DNA of 64,000 nt from an uncultured Clostridia bacterium (lineage in GTDB: Bacteria; Bacillota; Clostridia; TANB77; CAG-508). The position numbers and the translations under genes were made by a program. Within the stretch, counting starts at the first letter, position 1; each line of letters starts with the position of its first letter. Positions 18,718-28,980 of the stretch are shown here, piece by piece. The notes below the pieces were generated by a model. The model made no database searches and had not been told where the DNA came from. It saw only the letters and a program-made list of their open reading frames with translations. Location of the stretch: assembly GCA_944390965.1 (NCBI GenBank), contig CALXRW010000005.1, forward strand, positions 16 to 64,015, written 5' to 3'.

Positions 18718-19485
18718 TTATTCAGCTTTTATTGGCTCAAATTTTCCTTTGGTTTTATCTTTTTTAAAAAATAATTTTATTACATATACTGGCAAAACAC
18801 TCATTCTAATAATTCTTTTAGGTTCTCTTGCTAATCGCCATAACCATTCCATTCCCATTTTTTGTATCGCTTTTGGTGCTCTTTTTATTCTTCCTGCTTC
18901 ATAGTCAAATGTACCACCTTGCCCTGTTGCCACATCCACTTTTAATTCTTTTCTATGCTGATATATCCATTTTTCTTGTTTAGGAGCTCCCATTGCCACA
19001 AATACAATATTGGGTTGTAATTGATTGATTTCTTCTATTACTTCTCTTTCCTTTTCTCCTTCTATGTATCCATCATGAGTTCCAACGATTTTTAAATTTG
19101 GAAAAGATTTTAAAACATTTTCTTTTGTTTTTTCTGGAATTCCTGGCATTCCTCCCAATAAATAGACTGTGAAGCCTTCTTTTTCTGCTACTCTTAGTAC
19201 TTCCCTAAAATAGGCCTGTCCAGGTATTCTTTGTTTGAATTTCTTTTTTTGCATTTTTGCTCCTAACATGATTCCTACACTATCGGGAGTAGATAAGTCA
19301 GACTGTTGTAAAATATCAAAGAATTCCTTATCTTTATTGGCTTTCATAACAAATTCTGTATTGGGTGCAAATATCATTTTACATGTTTTATGACTTTCTA
19401 GTATAAGTTTTTTAGTAATTTCTCCTGATTCCTCTAATGTAATATTATCTATTGGTACACCTAAAATGGTAATTTGTTCTCTCAA
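18718..19485 (-). CDS. WecB/TagA/CpsF-family glycosyltransferase (GT26)
   Basis: Motifs ILGVPIDN, FAPNTEF, FVAMGAPKQEKWI, and GMEWLWRL. Confidence 0.85.
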   Translation of the reverse strand: MREQITILGVPIDNITLEESGEITKKLILESHKTCKMIFAPNTEFVMKANKDKEFFDILQQSDLSTPDSVGIMLGAKMQKKKFKQRIPGQAYFREVLRVAEKEGFTVYLLGGMPGIPEKTKENVLKSFPNLKIVGTHDGYIEGEKEREVIEEINQLQPNIVFVAMGAPKQEKWIYQHRKELKVDVATGQGGTFDYEAGRIKRAPKAIQKMGMEWLWRLAREPKRIIRMSVLPVYVIKLFFKKDKTKGKFEPIKAE

Positions 19486-19985
19486 TTTGTTTTTCCTCCA
19501 TCTTTATTTTTTATATAATATACAGCTGTTACTATTGCTAAACTTACCCAACCTATTACAATTAAAATATCTGCTATATTAAATACTGGGAAAGAAATAA
19601 TTGGTGAAAAATCTATAAAATCTAATACAAATCCTCTTGCTATCCTGTCAATTAAGTTACTAATTCCCCCTGCTAATATCATGGTCAATATAATTTGTGT
19701 TTTTCTGTCGATTCGATCTTTTTGTATGATCATAAACCTTATGATAATTCCTAATATGATAATATTTACTAGAACAAACATCATGGTACTATTTTGCCCT
19801 ATTCCAAATGCCCCACCTCTATTTTCTACATAGGTAAAATTTAATACATTAGGAATGATGTTTTTAATTTCTTTTCCTATATTTTCTACTATATAAAATT
19901 TGGATATTTGATCTATAACAATAAGCAATATTACTAATATTACAATTACATATGGTTTAAAATTCTTTTTTCCTTCGTCCTTCAT
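19482..19985 (-). CDS. lspA: Lipoprotein signal peptidase II
   Basis: Motifs VENRGGAFG and NLIDRI..G.V.DFIDF ... FNIAD. Four TM helices. Confidence 0.9.
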   Translation of the reverse strand: MKDEGKKNFKPYVIVILVILLIVIDQISKFYIVENIGKEIKNIIPNVLNFTYVENRGGAFGIGQNSTMMFVLVNIIILGIIIRFMIIQKDRIDRKTQIILTMILAGGISNLIDRIARGFVLDFIDFSPIISFPVFNIADILIVIGWVSLAIVTAVYYIKNKDGGKTN

Positions 19986-20002
19986 TTTTTCTTTTCCTTT
20001 CT

Positions 20003-21631
20003 TTAATCATTTGGTACATTTCTCTGATATACACAGAAATACTTATCTGAATATAATTCTTCATATCCTTCATCTCTGCTGATAAACATGTTTAATTTTG
20101 ATTTTTTAAATAAAATAACATGAGTAATTTCATATTCTTTAAATTTATCTTCATAATATACCCCAAGATTGGATATGTTCATAAAATCTGAAAAAATGTC
20201 TTTTTTCCCATTAAATTCTGGTGAGTATAAATCTGCCCTTGAATCAATAAATACTGGAATATCATTTAATAGTAAATAACTGCCATAATTGTATTCATTA
20301 AATAATCTCATAGTTTTTAAATCTATATTATTTTTTATATATTCTGTAGCTTGCACAGGATAATTGCTTTCACTTACGAATTTATCATCTAGTTTTGGCT
20401 TTATAATATTTATACTCCACACAATGGTAATAGCAAATACAATAATAGTTCCTGTATATTGTGTTACTATTTTTTCTACTTTTTCTAAAAATCCATCTGC
20501 ATATTTTTTTAAGAATGCATAAATGAGTCTGCCTAAAACAGGAACGCATAGTAAGTATACAAGTGACATCTGCCTTCTGCTACTAAATGCCATTAGGATA
20601 AGTCCACCTAATAGGAATCCATCCTTTAAACGAATTTTAGTATCTGTAAACATTAAAATAGCAATATATACAATTAGGAGTAGTAAAAATTCTTTTGTTC
20701 CCATTAAAGTTAATGGTAAATGTTCATTAATATTCTGTGTAGTATTTCCTTCCATTGTTTTGATTAGATAAGTATATGGCGTATCTCCCAATGGTGTTAA
20801 TAGTCCTGTTAATGTACAAATAAGCATAAGTATAATTAGCCATTTAGTTTGTTCATTTTCTACTACTTTAATTTTATAACTTTTTCTTCTTGATTTTTCT
20901 ACTCTTTTATCAAAATTGTCTATACTATCTTGTAACTTTTCTATTTTTTCTATATATTTCTTCTTTTTTTCTTCATCAGTTACTTTTTCTAATTTTCTTT
21001 TTAGTATTTTTATTTGCTTTTTACTAAAAAACGGAGATGCTTTGCTTAAGTTTGCTACTATATATTCTCCTATATAAGGTAAATATAATACAAAGTAAAA
21101 TGGCCATACAGCAACATGAAGATTAGCAATTAAAATTGAAATTACGATAAGATAAATAGGATACCTTTTCTTTTTTGTGTCTAAAAATTGTTCAATAAAG
21201 TAAATGGTTAATACAAACAGAATAAAAGTGACTAATTGGGCTCTTGCTGTAATAAATGATTTGGCTAAGAATATAGCAGCCATTGTTAATACAAATGCAA
21301 TTACTCTACTTTGAATTAATTTTTTACTGGTGAAATAAAGAACTAAGCCCAAAATACATGTTAAAATAATAGTTGCCACATAAATACCTGCGTAGCCAAA
21401 CATATGATAGACTATGTATGTAAGCACATCATATAACCAATGGGGATACGTATATGGCAAGTCTTCATGCCAAGAAAATGGATCCATATGGGTAATTCCA
21501 TTTTCCATAATATATTCTCCTATTTTTATACTATAATAGGTATCATTTTGAAAAGTTACAGGAGTAATGGCAATACAAAAAATAATAATACAAATTACAG
21601 CAATAAAACTAAATTTTGTTCCTTGTTTCAT
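20003..21631 (-). CDS. Large polytopic membrane protein of unknown function (possible GT-C-type glycosyltransferase)
   Basis: At least 12 predicted TM helices, a lysine-rich cytoplasmic loop and a C-terminal soluble domain. No specific motif recognised. Confidence 0.6.
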   Translation of the reverse strand: MKQGTKFSFIAVICIIIFCIAITPVTFQNDTYYSIKIGEYIMENGITHMDPFSWHEDLPYTYPHWLYDVLTYIVYHMFGYAGIYVATIILTCILGLVLYFTSKKLIQSRVIAFVLTMAAIFLAKSFITARAQLVTFILFVLTIYFIEQFLDTKKKRYPIYLIVISILIANLHVAVWPFYFVLYLPYIGEYIVANLSKASPFFSKKQIKILKRKLEKVTDEEKKKKYIEKIEKLQDSIDNFDKRVEKSRRKSYKIKVVENEQTKWLIILMLICTLTGLLTPLGDTPYTYLIKTMEGNTTQNINEHLPLTLMGTKEFLLLLIVYIAILMFTDTKIRLKDGFLLGGLILMAFSSRRQMSLVYLLCVPVLGRLIYAFLKKYADGFLEKVEKIVTQYTGTIIVFAITIVWSINIIKPKLDDKFVSESNYPVQATEYIKNNIDLKTMRLFNEYNYGSYLLLNDIPVFIDSRADLYSPEFNGKKDIFSDFMNISNLGVYYEDKFKEYEITHVILFKKSKLNMFISRDEGYEELYSDKYFCVYQRNVPND

Positions 21632-21684
21632 GGCTTGTCTCCTCTTATAAACTATGTCTCTTTTGAAAATAAAAACTCTTATAT

Positions 21685-21796
21685 ATCCATCCCATGAACT
21701 TATATTTTGAAATAAAAGCTCGAACAGCCTTCTGCTTCCGGATTACCCCTTGAACCTTGAGAGTTTTATTGAAAAATATAAGTTCATGGGATGGAT
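21685..21796. repeat. Palindromic MITE-like element, copy B (family 3)
   Basis: Termini ATCCATCCCATGAACTTATAT / ATATAAGTTCATGGGATGGAT enclose a core about 90% identical to 11636-11712. Confidence 0.8.
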
Positions 21797-21854
21797 AAAA
21801 TCTTTTTTCTTTCCATTTTATATTAAAATTTCTTATTCTTTCCTATTATATATA

Positions 21855-21892
21855 AAAAATCCAAAAAAGTATAGCTTTTTTGGATTTTTTTA
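21855..21892. terminator. Bidirectional terminator downstream of the OB-fold gene
   Basis: Stem AATCCAAAAAAG / CTTTTTTGGATT with flanking A- and T-runs. Confidence 0.7.
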
Positions 21893-21908
21893 TTGAATTT
21901 CTATTTTA

Positions 21909-22631
21909 TTACATTGCTTCTTGATTTTCTGTTTGCTCTTCTTTTACGGCATTTCCCTCTTCATTGATTACTTCTAAGCTTATAATAGAAACTTCATAAG
22001 CAACTCTTTGTTCAGATGTACCATCTTCAAATTTCTTTTCGTATATTCTAGATTGTACCCTTCCTGTTATTTTAATCCTTGTTCCTACTTCTACGTTTTG
22101 GCAAAATCTTGCATTTCTTCCCCATGCAATACAAGGAATATAATCAGATTTGCTATATGATCTATTTACTGCTAATAAAATATCTGATATTTCTCTTCCA
22201 AATGGTGTTTGTCTGTAGATAGGTTTTTTGCAAATATAACCTTGTAATACAACTTCGTTTGAATTTGCCTCTTTCTTAACAACACCGTCTTCGATAATTT
22301 CTTCTCTTGGTGTAATCTCTTTTGCAAATACAGTAAGAATTAATTTGCTTTTTTCGTTTTCATACCCATTGTATGATCTAAATTGTCCTTCTACTAAAAT
22401 TTTGTTTCCAATACTTAAATCTGTTTCCATAATTAATCTTTCAGATACTGTAATAGGAATGATATCTGAAATATCACTTAATCTTGGAACATCTAGATTA
22501 AATATGTAGAATCTCTCTCCATAGATTTCATGACTAAATTTTTTTTCACTTGCTACTTTTCCTATTAATACCAAGTGATTGTTTTCTGTATAGTTTGTAA
22601 TCAATTTCATTTCCTCCTTATATTTATCCAT
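21909..22631 (-). CDS. Double OB-fold protein, SSB-like
   Basis: Two tandem OB-like segments (LVLIGKVASEKKFSHEIYGERFYIF... and VVLQGYICKKPIYRQTPFGREISDILLAV...) and an acidic C-terminal tail. Confidence 0.45.
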   Translation of the reverse strand: MDKYKEEMKLITNYTENNHLVLIGKVASEKKFSHEIYGERFYIFNLDVPRLSDISDIIPITVSERLIMETDLSIGNKILVEGQFRSYNGYENEKSKLILTVFAKEITPREEIIEDGVVKKEANSNEVVLQGYICKKPIYRQTPFGREISDILLAVNRSYSKSDYIPCIAWGRNARFCQNVEVGTRIKITGRVQSRIYEKKFEDGTSEQRVAYEVSIISLEVINEEGNAVKEEQTENQEAM

Positions 22632-22741
22632 TGTGTGTTTGTTATTTTGTAATTGGTATTTAATGGTATGGTTACCATCCTATGCTATTATACTACTTTT
22701 TTTTTAGTTTGTCTACATAAAATGTTAATTTTTTTCATTTT

Positions 22742-23251
22742 TTATGTTTTTAATTGATATAAAAGGCTTATTGTCCCTATTACCATATCCACATACTTAT
22801 TGGAACCATTATTTTTCATTGCAATTTCCTGTTGCTCAATTTCTTTTTGTTTGATTGTTTTTATATTTCTTTGTATACATAATAATGTATTATCCTCTTC
22901 TACACTAGATGCAGTTATGGTTGCCTTGGAATTGAAACCATAAGTAATAACAATTGCTTTAAGAGCCTTTATATTTTCAAGGTTATTATTTACATCCATA
23001 TTTAGCAAAACATATTTTGTGTCCCTTAATAAATGATTAATTTCTTCTTTAAATTCTACAGGCAACATTTTGTCGATAATAACAGTTTCTAATTTTATAT
23101 TTTTTAGATTTTTTATACTTTTTTCATTAATGGTTATCATTTCACTATTGATGTCATTTTCTTTAAACTTTTTATTTAATTTATGGATGATTTCTGTTTC
23201 ATTATGTTTTTCTGACATAATACCAATTAAAGGCATTGTTCTCTCCTTCAT
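22742..23251 (-). CDS. Hypothetical protein (169 aa)
   Basis: ORF only. Weak resemblance to a Mur-ligase-like segment (VITYGFNSKATITASSV). Confidence 0.45.
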   Translation of the reverse strand: MKERTMPLIGIMSEKHNETEIIHKLNKKFKENDINSEMITINEKSIKNLKNIKLETVIIDKMLPVEFKEEINHLLRDTKYVLLNMDVNNNLENIKALKAIVITYGFNSKATITASSVEEDNTLLCIQRNIKTIKQKEIEQQEIAMKNNGSNKYVDMVIGTISLLYQLKT

Positions 23252-23265
23252 TTTTTCTATTTATA

Positions 23266-23457
23266 TTATTCCATATTTTGCATGAAATATTCATTATTGT
23301 AATTTTCTATATTTTCTTCTTGGATAGAAGATGCCGCTTCAATAGCTGCTGTATTTCTTTCTTGTTTGGTAGCATTCGCAAATAAAAATAATGCTACAAT
23401 AATAGAGAGTGTAATCATACAAGAAATCATCTTTTCTTTTTTTAATAAAATAAGCAA
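23266..23457 (-). CDS. Small membrane-anchored hypothetical protein (63 aa)
   Basis: Single N-terminal TM helix and an acidic tail. Confidence 0.4.
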   Translation of the reverse strand: MLILLKKEKMISCMITLSIIVALFLFANATKQERNTAAIEAASSIQEENIENYNNEYFMQNME

Positions 23458-23520
23458 TTTAAAAACCCTCCTAAAATAAGCTAATATATTTGTATGCTTA
23501 GTTTAAGAGGATTATACTTT

Positions 23521-24111
23521 TTATTTCTTATTTTTTAATTTATTCTTGATTTCATGGTAAAATTGAATCCATGTATAAATGTGTTTTATTCTTACATCTC
23601 GAAAATCTTTATTAAAAATATTATCAAAAATAAATGTTTTTACTCCTACATTTGCCACTTCTAAACATTTTAGTGGTTCGTCATCCATAAATACATCAAT
23701 ATCTAATTCCTTGCACAATTTTGCTTTGTCTTCTACTTCTACAAAGAGTTGATCATATTTTATTTCATTTTTCTCGAGCCATTCTTTTGATTCCTCATAT
23801 GGTTCATGAAACCATACTTTATTTCTACTACTAATAATAAAAATTTTATGTCCATCTTGCCATAAATCATTTATTACTTGTTTAGCAAATGGTCTTGGAG
23901 GGTAATTTTTTTCTGCTTCATATAATCCTTCTTCAAACCATAGTCTAAAATCATTTTTTTCTGACCAATTAAATATTTCTATGGTATCTCTTCCATAAGG
24001 ATTAATTAAATTTTTCCCATTTAACTTTTCATAATCAAATTTTTGTCCATATGCTAGTCTATTTTCATGAGAATTTGTTAGAGTATCATCAATATCAATT
24101 CCTATATTCAT
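23521..24111 (-). CDS. HAD-superfamily 5'(3')-deoxyribonucleotidase-like phosphatase
   Basis: HAD motif I IGIDIDDTLT, and a later FMDDEP motif. ATG 24111 gives a 4-nt overlap with the murI stop. Confidence 0.65.
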   Translation of the reverse strand: MNIGIDIDDTLTNSHENRLAYGQKFDYEKLNGKNLINPYGRDTIEIFNWSEKNDFRLWFEEGLYEAEKNYPPRPFAKQVINDLWQDGHKIFIISSRNKVWFHEPYEESKEWLEKNEIKYDQLFVEVEDKAKLCKELDIDVFMDDEPLKCLEVANVGVKTFIFDNIFNKDFRDVRIKHIYTWIQFYHEIKNKLKNKK

Positions 24112-24893
24112 ATTGTTTCCTCCTTTTTTAACCATTTTTCTGCCATTGTTTTAAATTCCTCTATTTCTTTTGTTAATATTATCTCATAATTTCCTTTTGG
24201 TTCTATTGTTTCTAGTTGTTCTTGTTTTAATATTTCTTTTACTTTTTTTGCTACTATATAAGATGTATCCACTATTTTAATCTTTTCTGGTAGGTTTCTT
24301 GCTATTATATTTGTATAAATAGGATAATGTGTACAGCCTAATATTAGTGTATCTATTTCTTTATTATGAAAAGGTTTTAAGTATTCTTGAATGGTTCTTT
24401 CTACTCTTTCCTCTTTTTCTCCTTTTTCTCCTTTTTCTGCCATAGAAGCTAATAATGGACAAGCCTGATTGATTACTTTTGTTTGAGGAATTTGTTTTAT
24501 AATTTCTCTTTCCCATGCCTTACTTCGAATAGTTCCTTCTGTTGCGATAACACCAATTGTTTTACACTTTTTTCTTTGTTTTAATTCTAAAACAGTAGGT
24601 TCTATAATTCCTATGATAGGAACAGAATATAAAGGTTTAACCTCCTCTAACGCTTGACTTGTAGCTGTTCCACAAGCAATTACAATCATTTTTACTTGTC
24701 TGTTAATAAGGATTTCTATATTATTTTTAGTAAGTGCCAGAATTTCTTCTTTTGATTTTCCTCCATAAGGAAAGTTTTTTGTATCTGCTAAATATAGAAA
24801 TTTTTCTTTAGGAAGTTCTTTGATTAATTGAGATAAGACAGTAATTCCTCCCATTCCAGAATCAAATATGCCAATTGCCCTATTATCCACCAT
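24108..24893 (-). CDS. murI: Glutamate racemase
   Basis: Motifs IGIFDSGMGG, VIACGTAT and LGCTHYP, with the two catalytic Cys. Confidence 0.93.
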   Translation of the reverse strand: MVDNRAIGIFDSGMGGITVLSQLIKELPKEKFLYLADTKNFPYGGKSKEEILALTKNNIEILINRQVKMIVIACGTATSQALEEVKPLYSVPIIGIIEPTVLELKQRKKCKTIGVIATEGTIRSKAWEREIIKQIPQTKVINQACPLLASMAEKGEKGEKEERVERTIQEYLKPFHNKEIDTLILGCTHYPIYTNIIARNLPEKIKIVDTSYIVAKKVKEILKQEQLETIEPKGNYEIILTKEIEEFKTMAEKWLKKEETI

Positions 24894-26106
24894 TTTTCCT
24901 CCTATTTATTATTCCTTGTGCTGCTTTTTTGCCAGAGGCAACTGCTCTTACCACTGTTGACTTCTTTTCTGTTAAATCTCCTCCTGCAAATATTCCATCT
25001 TTTTCTGTCATTCCATTTTCATCTACTGCAATAAGTCCATCTTTTGTATGAAGTCCTATGCTCTCTATCAATTGTGGATTAGGTGTTAAACCAATTGCCA
25101 AAACAACAATATCTGCAGGAAGAGTATATTCAGAATTTTCTACTTCTTTTACTTTTCCCTCTTCTAATCTTGTTTTAATGCACGTTACTTCTTTCCCCGA
25201 AAAAGCTATTACTTTTGTTAGAAATAAAATTTCAATTCCTTCTTTTAAGCAGTCTTTAACTTCACTATTATTTGCGGGCATTTTTTCTCTATCTCTTCGG
25301 TAAAGAATACATACTCTTTTTGCTCCCATTTTTTTTGCAGTTCTTGCACAATCCATTGCTACATTTCCACCACCAATTATCATAACCTCTTTTGATAAGC
25401 AAATATTTTCTTTCTCATAATATTTCTTTAAAAAAATATCTGATGTATATACCTCTTTTTCTCCTAAATCATATGTACTTGGTTTTCCGGCACCAATTCC
25501 TAAAAATATTTCTTCATACCCTTCTTGTTTTAGCTTTTCTATTGTAATTTGTTTTCCTAATTCTATATTTGTTTTAAAAATAACTCCATTCTTTTTCAAT
25601 TTTTGTGTAATATCATCTATCAAATTTTTTGGTAATCTAAAATCGGGTATTCCATATCTAAGAATTCCTCCTAGTTCTTTTTCCTTCTCAAAAACGGTAA
25701 CACCAATTCCTTCTTTGTTTAGTTCATGCGCTACTGTTAGTCCAGATGGTCCAGAGCCAATAATCGCTACTTTTCCTTTTTTCTTTACTGGAGAAACTAT
25801 TTCTTTTTTATTTTTTCTTGCCCATTCATTCACTTCTTTTTCTAGCATTCCAATAGATACGGGATTTCCTTTTATCCCACGAACACAACTTCCTTGACAT
25901 TGTTCTTCTTGATAGCATACTCTACAACAAATACTACTTAGTGAATTATTGTTTTGTAAAAGAACATAGGCTCCTTCTAAATCTTCTTGTTTCATTTTTT
26001 GAATAAATCCAGGTATATCTGTGTGAACAGGGCAACCTTTTACACTACATGGTTTGTTTTTGCAATTTAAACATTCTTCTATTTTTTGCTGAATTTCTTT
26101 TTCCAT
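24883..26106 (-). CDS. GltD-like NAD(P)H-dependent oxidoreductase (glutamate synthase small-subunit family)
   Basis: N-terminal Cys clusters for Fe-S, and two dinucleotide folds (VAIIGSGPSG, VMIIGGGNVAMD). Confidence 0.85.
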   Translation of the reverse strand: MEKEIQQKIEECLNCKNKPCSVKGCPVHTDIPGFIQKMKQEDLEGAYVLLQNNNSLSSICCRVCYQEEQCQGSCVRGIKGNPVSIGMLEKEVNEWARKNKKEIVSPVKKKGKVAIIGSGPSGLTVAHELNKEGIGVTVFEKEKELGGILRYGIPDFRLPKNLIDDITQKLKKNGVIFKTNIELGKQITIEKLKQEGYEEIFLGIGAGKPSTYDLGEKEVYTSDIFLKKYYEKENICLSKEVMIIGGGNVAMDCARTAKKMGAKRVCILYRRDREKMPANNSEVKDCLKEGIEILFLTKVIAFSGKEVTCIKTRLEEGKVKEVENSEYTLPADIVVLAIGLTPNPQLIESIGLHTKDGLIAVDENGMTEKDGIFAGGDLTEKKSTVVRAVASGKKAAQGIINRRKNGG

Positions 26107-26149
26107 TTTTCTGCCTTTCTATTGATTATGTAATATGATTTATTTATGT

Positions 26150-26176
26150 GGGTCGGCGATGGCGCCGACCCCTACA
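26150..26176 (-). repeat. REP-like element copy R4 (stem-swapped variant)
   Basis: GGGTCGGCG-ATGG-CGCCGACCC-CTACA. Shares the right flank CTACATCTAAAAT with copy R6. A degenerate second GC hairpin lies at about 26212-26235. Confidence 0.75.
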
Positions 26177-26260
26177 TCTAAAATGATTTATTTTTGTCGA
26201 TATAACATTTTGGTTCGGCCAAGGCCGCCCTGATGCTGTTAAATAAATTTTATTCTATTA

Positions 26261-27673
26261 TTATGCTTTGTAGAATGCTTCATATGCTCTATGCGCTTCG
26301 TAAATATCAAATTTACTTGTTACTTCGCTTGGGGCATGCATAGATAATACAGGAATACCGCAATCTATTACATCCATTCCTTTATTTGCTAAAATATAGG
26401 CAATAGTTCCCCCGCCTCCTACATCTACTTTACCAAGTTCTGATAATTGATATTGTATATCATTATTTTCAAATATATTTCTTACTTCTGCAACATATTC
26501 TGCATTAGCATCAGATGCTCCTGATTTTCCTCTTGCCCCTGTGTACTTATTTAAGCCTACGCCATGTCCTAAGCGAGCACAATTATTCTTTTCAGAAACA
26601 TGTGAATATGTTGGATCCAATCCTGCATCCACATCTGCAGATAACATTTTGGAATGGCAAAATACTTCTTCTAATGCATTTGCTTTATTTTCTCCTTTTT
26701 TATTTAAGATTTCTGCTATAAAGTAATCAAATACTTGAGATTCCATTCCTGTGTTTCCCATACTTCCAATTTCTTCTTTATCTGCCAAAATGCAGATAGC
26801 TGTCTTATTTGGCTTTTCCACATTTAGAATGGCACGTAGTGCAGTAAATCCACATACTCTATCATCTTGACCATATCCTAAAACCATGCTTCTATCTAAT
26901 CCTAAAGTTTTACTTTGAAAAGCAGGCACTAATTCTAATTCTGAACTCATAAAGTCTACTTCTGTAATTCCATATTTTTTATTTAAAATATTTAAAATAT
27001 TTAATTTTACTTTTTCAGGAGCCTTTGTTCCTTCAAATGGAATGCTTCCTACTAGAATATTTAAATCTTCTCCTGCAATTCCTTCTTTTAATTTTTTCTC
27101 CATTTGCTCTTGCGCAAGATGTGGTAAAAGGTCTGTTATTGTAAACACAGGGTCTTCCTCATTTTCTCCAATTGCCACTTCTATTTTTTCTCCATCTGGT
27201 TTTACTATTACACCATGGATACTAAGTGGAATTGTTGTCCACTGATATTTTTTAATTCCACCATAATAATGTGTTTTTAATAACGCTAGCTCATTGTCTT
27301 CATATAATGGATTTGGTTTTAAATCTAGTCTTGGTGAGTCAATGTGTGCTCCTACAATATGGCATCCTTTATTAAGAGCTTCTTTTCCTATTACTGCAGC
27401 ATAAATTGTTTTAGAACGATTACAATAATATACTTTGTCTCCTTCTTTTAAACTTTCTACCTGTTCTATATTTTGAAATCCATTTTTTTCTAGCATTTCT
27501 TTTGAAAGTTTTGCTGCTTCTCTTTCTGTTTTAGCATGATTTAAGAAATAAATATATTCTTCTGCAAATTTAAAAATTCTTTCTCTTTCTTGTGGATTTG
27601 TTTTTTCCCATCCATTCTTCTTTTTGGCAAATAGTTTCTCTTTTAGTTCTTCTCCATTTGGTATATCACTCAT
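26261..27673 (-). CDS. M18-family aminopeptidase
   Basis: Motifs GAHIDSPRLDLKP, DKEEIGS, SADVD and SMHAPSE. Confidence 0.88.
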   Translation of the reverse strand: MSDIPNGEELKEKLFAKKKNGWEKTNPQERERIFKFAEEYIYFLNHAKTEREAAKLSKEMLEKNGFQNIEQVESLKEGDKVYYCNRSKTIYAAVIGKEALNKGCHIVGAHIDSPRLDLKPNPLYEDNELALLKTHYYGGIKKYQWTTIPLSIHGVIVKPDGEKIEVAIGENEEDPVFTITDLLPHLAQEQMEKKLKEGIAGEDLNILVGSIPFEGTKAPEKVKLNILNILNKKYGITEVDFMSSELELVPAFQSKTLGLDRSMVLGYGQDDRVCGFTALRAILNVEKPNKTAICILADKEEIGSMGNTGMESQVFDYFIAEILNKKGENKANALEEVFCHSKMLSADVDAGLDPTYSHVSEKNNCARLGHGVGLNKYTGARGKSGASDANAEYVAEVRNIFENNDIQYQLSELGKVDVGGGGTIAYILANKGMDVIDCGIPVLSMHAPSEVTSKFDIYEAHRAYEAFYKA

Positions 27674-27798
27674 ATTTTTTCCTCCTTTTGATTTGCAAAG
27701 TAATAAATCTCACTTTGTATTTTCTTAATTTTTCCAATTATATCATTCTTTTATTATATTAACAAGATTTTTAAAAATTATTCCTTTTATTCTAAATC

Positions 27799-27897
27799 TT
27801 GTTTTTTATGTCGACTGATGATATAATACAGTTATTCTAATATACAAGGAGTGGAAACACTCATATCCCCCATGCAACTGCACGGGGGATGTTTTTT
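27799..27897 (+). ncRNA. Candidate small transcription unit (promoter + about 60-nt RNA + terminator)
   Basis: TTGTTT-17-TGATATAAT (extended -10, 27819-27827), then the GC hairpin ATCCCCC..GGGGGAT (27865-27890) and TTTTTT. No ORF with a usable RBS. Confidence 0.35.
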
Positions 27898-27908
27898 AAG
27901 ATATTTTT

Positions 27909-28904
27909 TTATTTTCTAATAATTTTTCCTTGTTTTTCAAACCATTCAATTGTGTCTTTTAAGGTTTCCTGAATATTTCTTGGTTGATATCCTAATTCCT
28001 TTTTCGCTTTCTCAATAGAAAAATTACTATTCGTACCTAATGTATATACAGCATATGAGGTAAATAATGGTTTTTGTTTTCGTATTTTGTAATAAATTTC
28101 GGATAAAAATCCTGTGGCAAAAGCAAACCATCTTGCAATTTTAAATTTAGGAGCTTTTACTCCCGTAATTTCTTCAATTGTTTTCATTAAATCTTTTACA
28201 CTAATATAATTACCTGCTAAAATATAGCACTCTCCTGGTTTTCCTTTTTCTGCTGCCTTTATAATTCCTTCTGCTACATCCCTAACGTCTACAAAATTAT
28301 ACCCACCCTCTAAATAGGCACCAATTTTTTTGTTTGCACAATCAATTACTAATTTTCCTAAATTGGATGGAATGTATTCATATGGACCAATCACTCCTGA
28401 TGGATGTGTAATAATTACTTCTGGCATTTCTGTGGCATGTTCTATTAAAAATTTAGTGGCTTCTGCTTTTGTTTTGGCATAACTTCCTTTTACAAATTTA
28501 GAAGAAAAATCTCTTGTTTCTGATATGACCATTCCTTTAGGCTCTTCTTTTATAGCATGTACAGAACTAGTATATATTAATCTTTTTATTTTTTCCTCCT
28601 TACAGGCTTGCCATACATTTTTTGTTCCCTGTACATTTACTTCTTTCATTAATTTTTTATTGGTACTTCCAATTTCTATAATTCCTGCTAAATGAAATAC
28701 CATATCTTTTCCTCTAAATGCCTGTTTTAATGTTTCAATTTTTCTAACATCTCCATAGGCAAATTGAATTGGAAATTCTTTTAAAAATGTGATATCCTCT
28801 CCTTCTAAAACAAATGCTGTTACTTCATAGTTTTTTTGAATCAATTCTTTTATTAAAACATTCCCGATATGTCCTGTTGCACCTGTTACAACACATTTTG
28901 GCAT
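27909..28904 (-). CDS. NAD-dependent epimerase/dehydratase (dihydroflavonol-reductase-like SDR)
   Basis: VTGATGHIGN Rossmann motif and a YAKTK catalytic motif. ATG 28904 follows GAGGTGA. Confidence 0.85.
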   Translation of the reverse strand: MPKCVVTGATGHIGNVLIKELIQKNYEVTAFVLEGEDITFLKEFPIQFAYGDVRKIETLKQAFRGKDMVFHLAGIIEIGSTNKKLMKEVNVQGTKNVWQACKEEKIKRLIYTSSVHAIKEEPKGMVISETRDFSSKFVKGSYAKTKAEATKFLIEHATEMPEVIITHPSGVIGPYEYIPSNLGKLVIDCANKKIGAYLEGGYNFVDVRDVAEGIIKAAEKGKPGECYILAGNYISVKDLMKTIEEITGVKAPKFKIARWFAFATGFLSEIYYKIRKQKPLFTSYAVYTLGTNSNFSIEKAKKELGYQPRNIQETLKDTIEWFEKQGKIIRK

Positions 28905-28980
28905 GTTTCTCACCTCTTTTGATTCTTTTCTTAATTATATCATATTTTTTCAGTATTTTCCATGGCTTTTGAAGTAGTAT

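Noticed and set aside
26212-26235. Second GC-rich segment GGTTCGGCCAAGGCCGCCC as an additional REP copy
   Set aside because: The stem is only CGGCC/GGCCG with a 2-nt loop, and the CTACA tail and family flanks are absent. It may be a decayed copy but cannot be supported.
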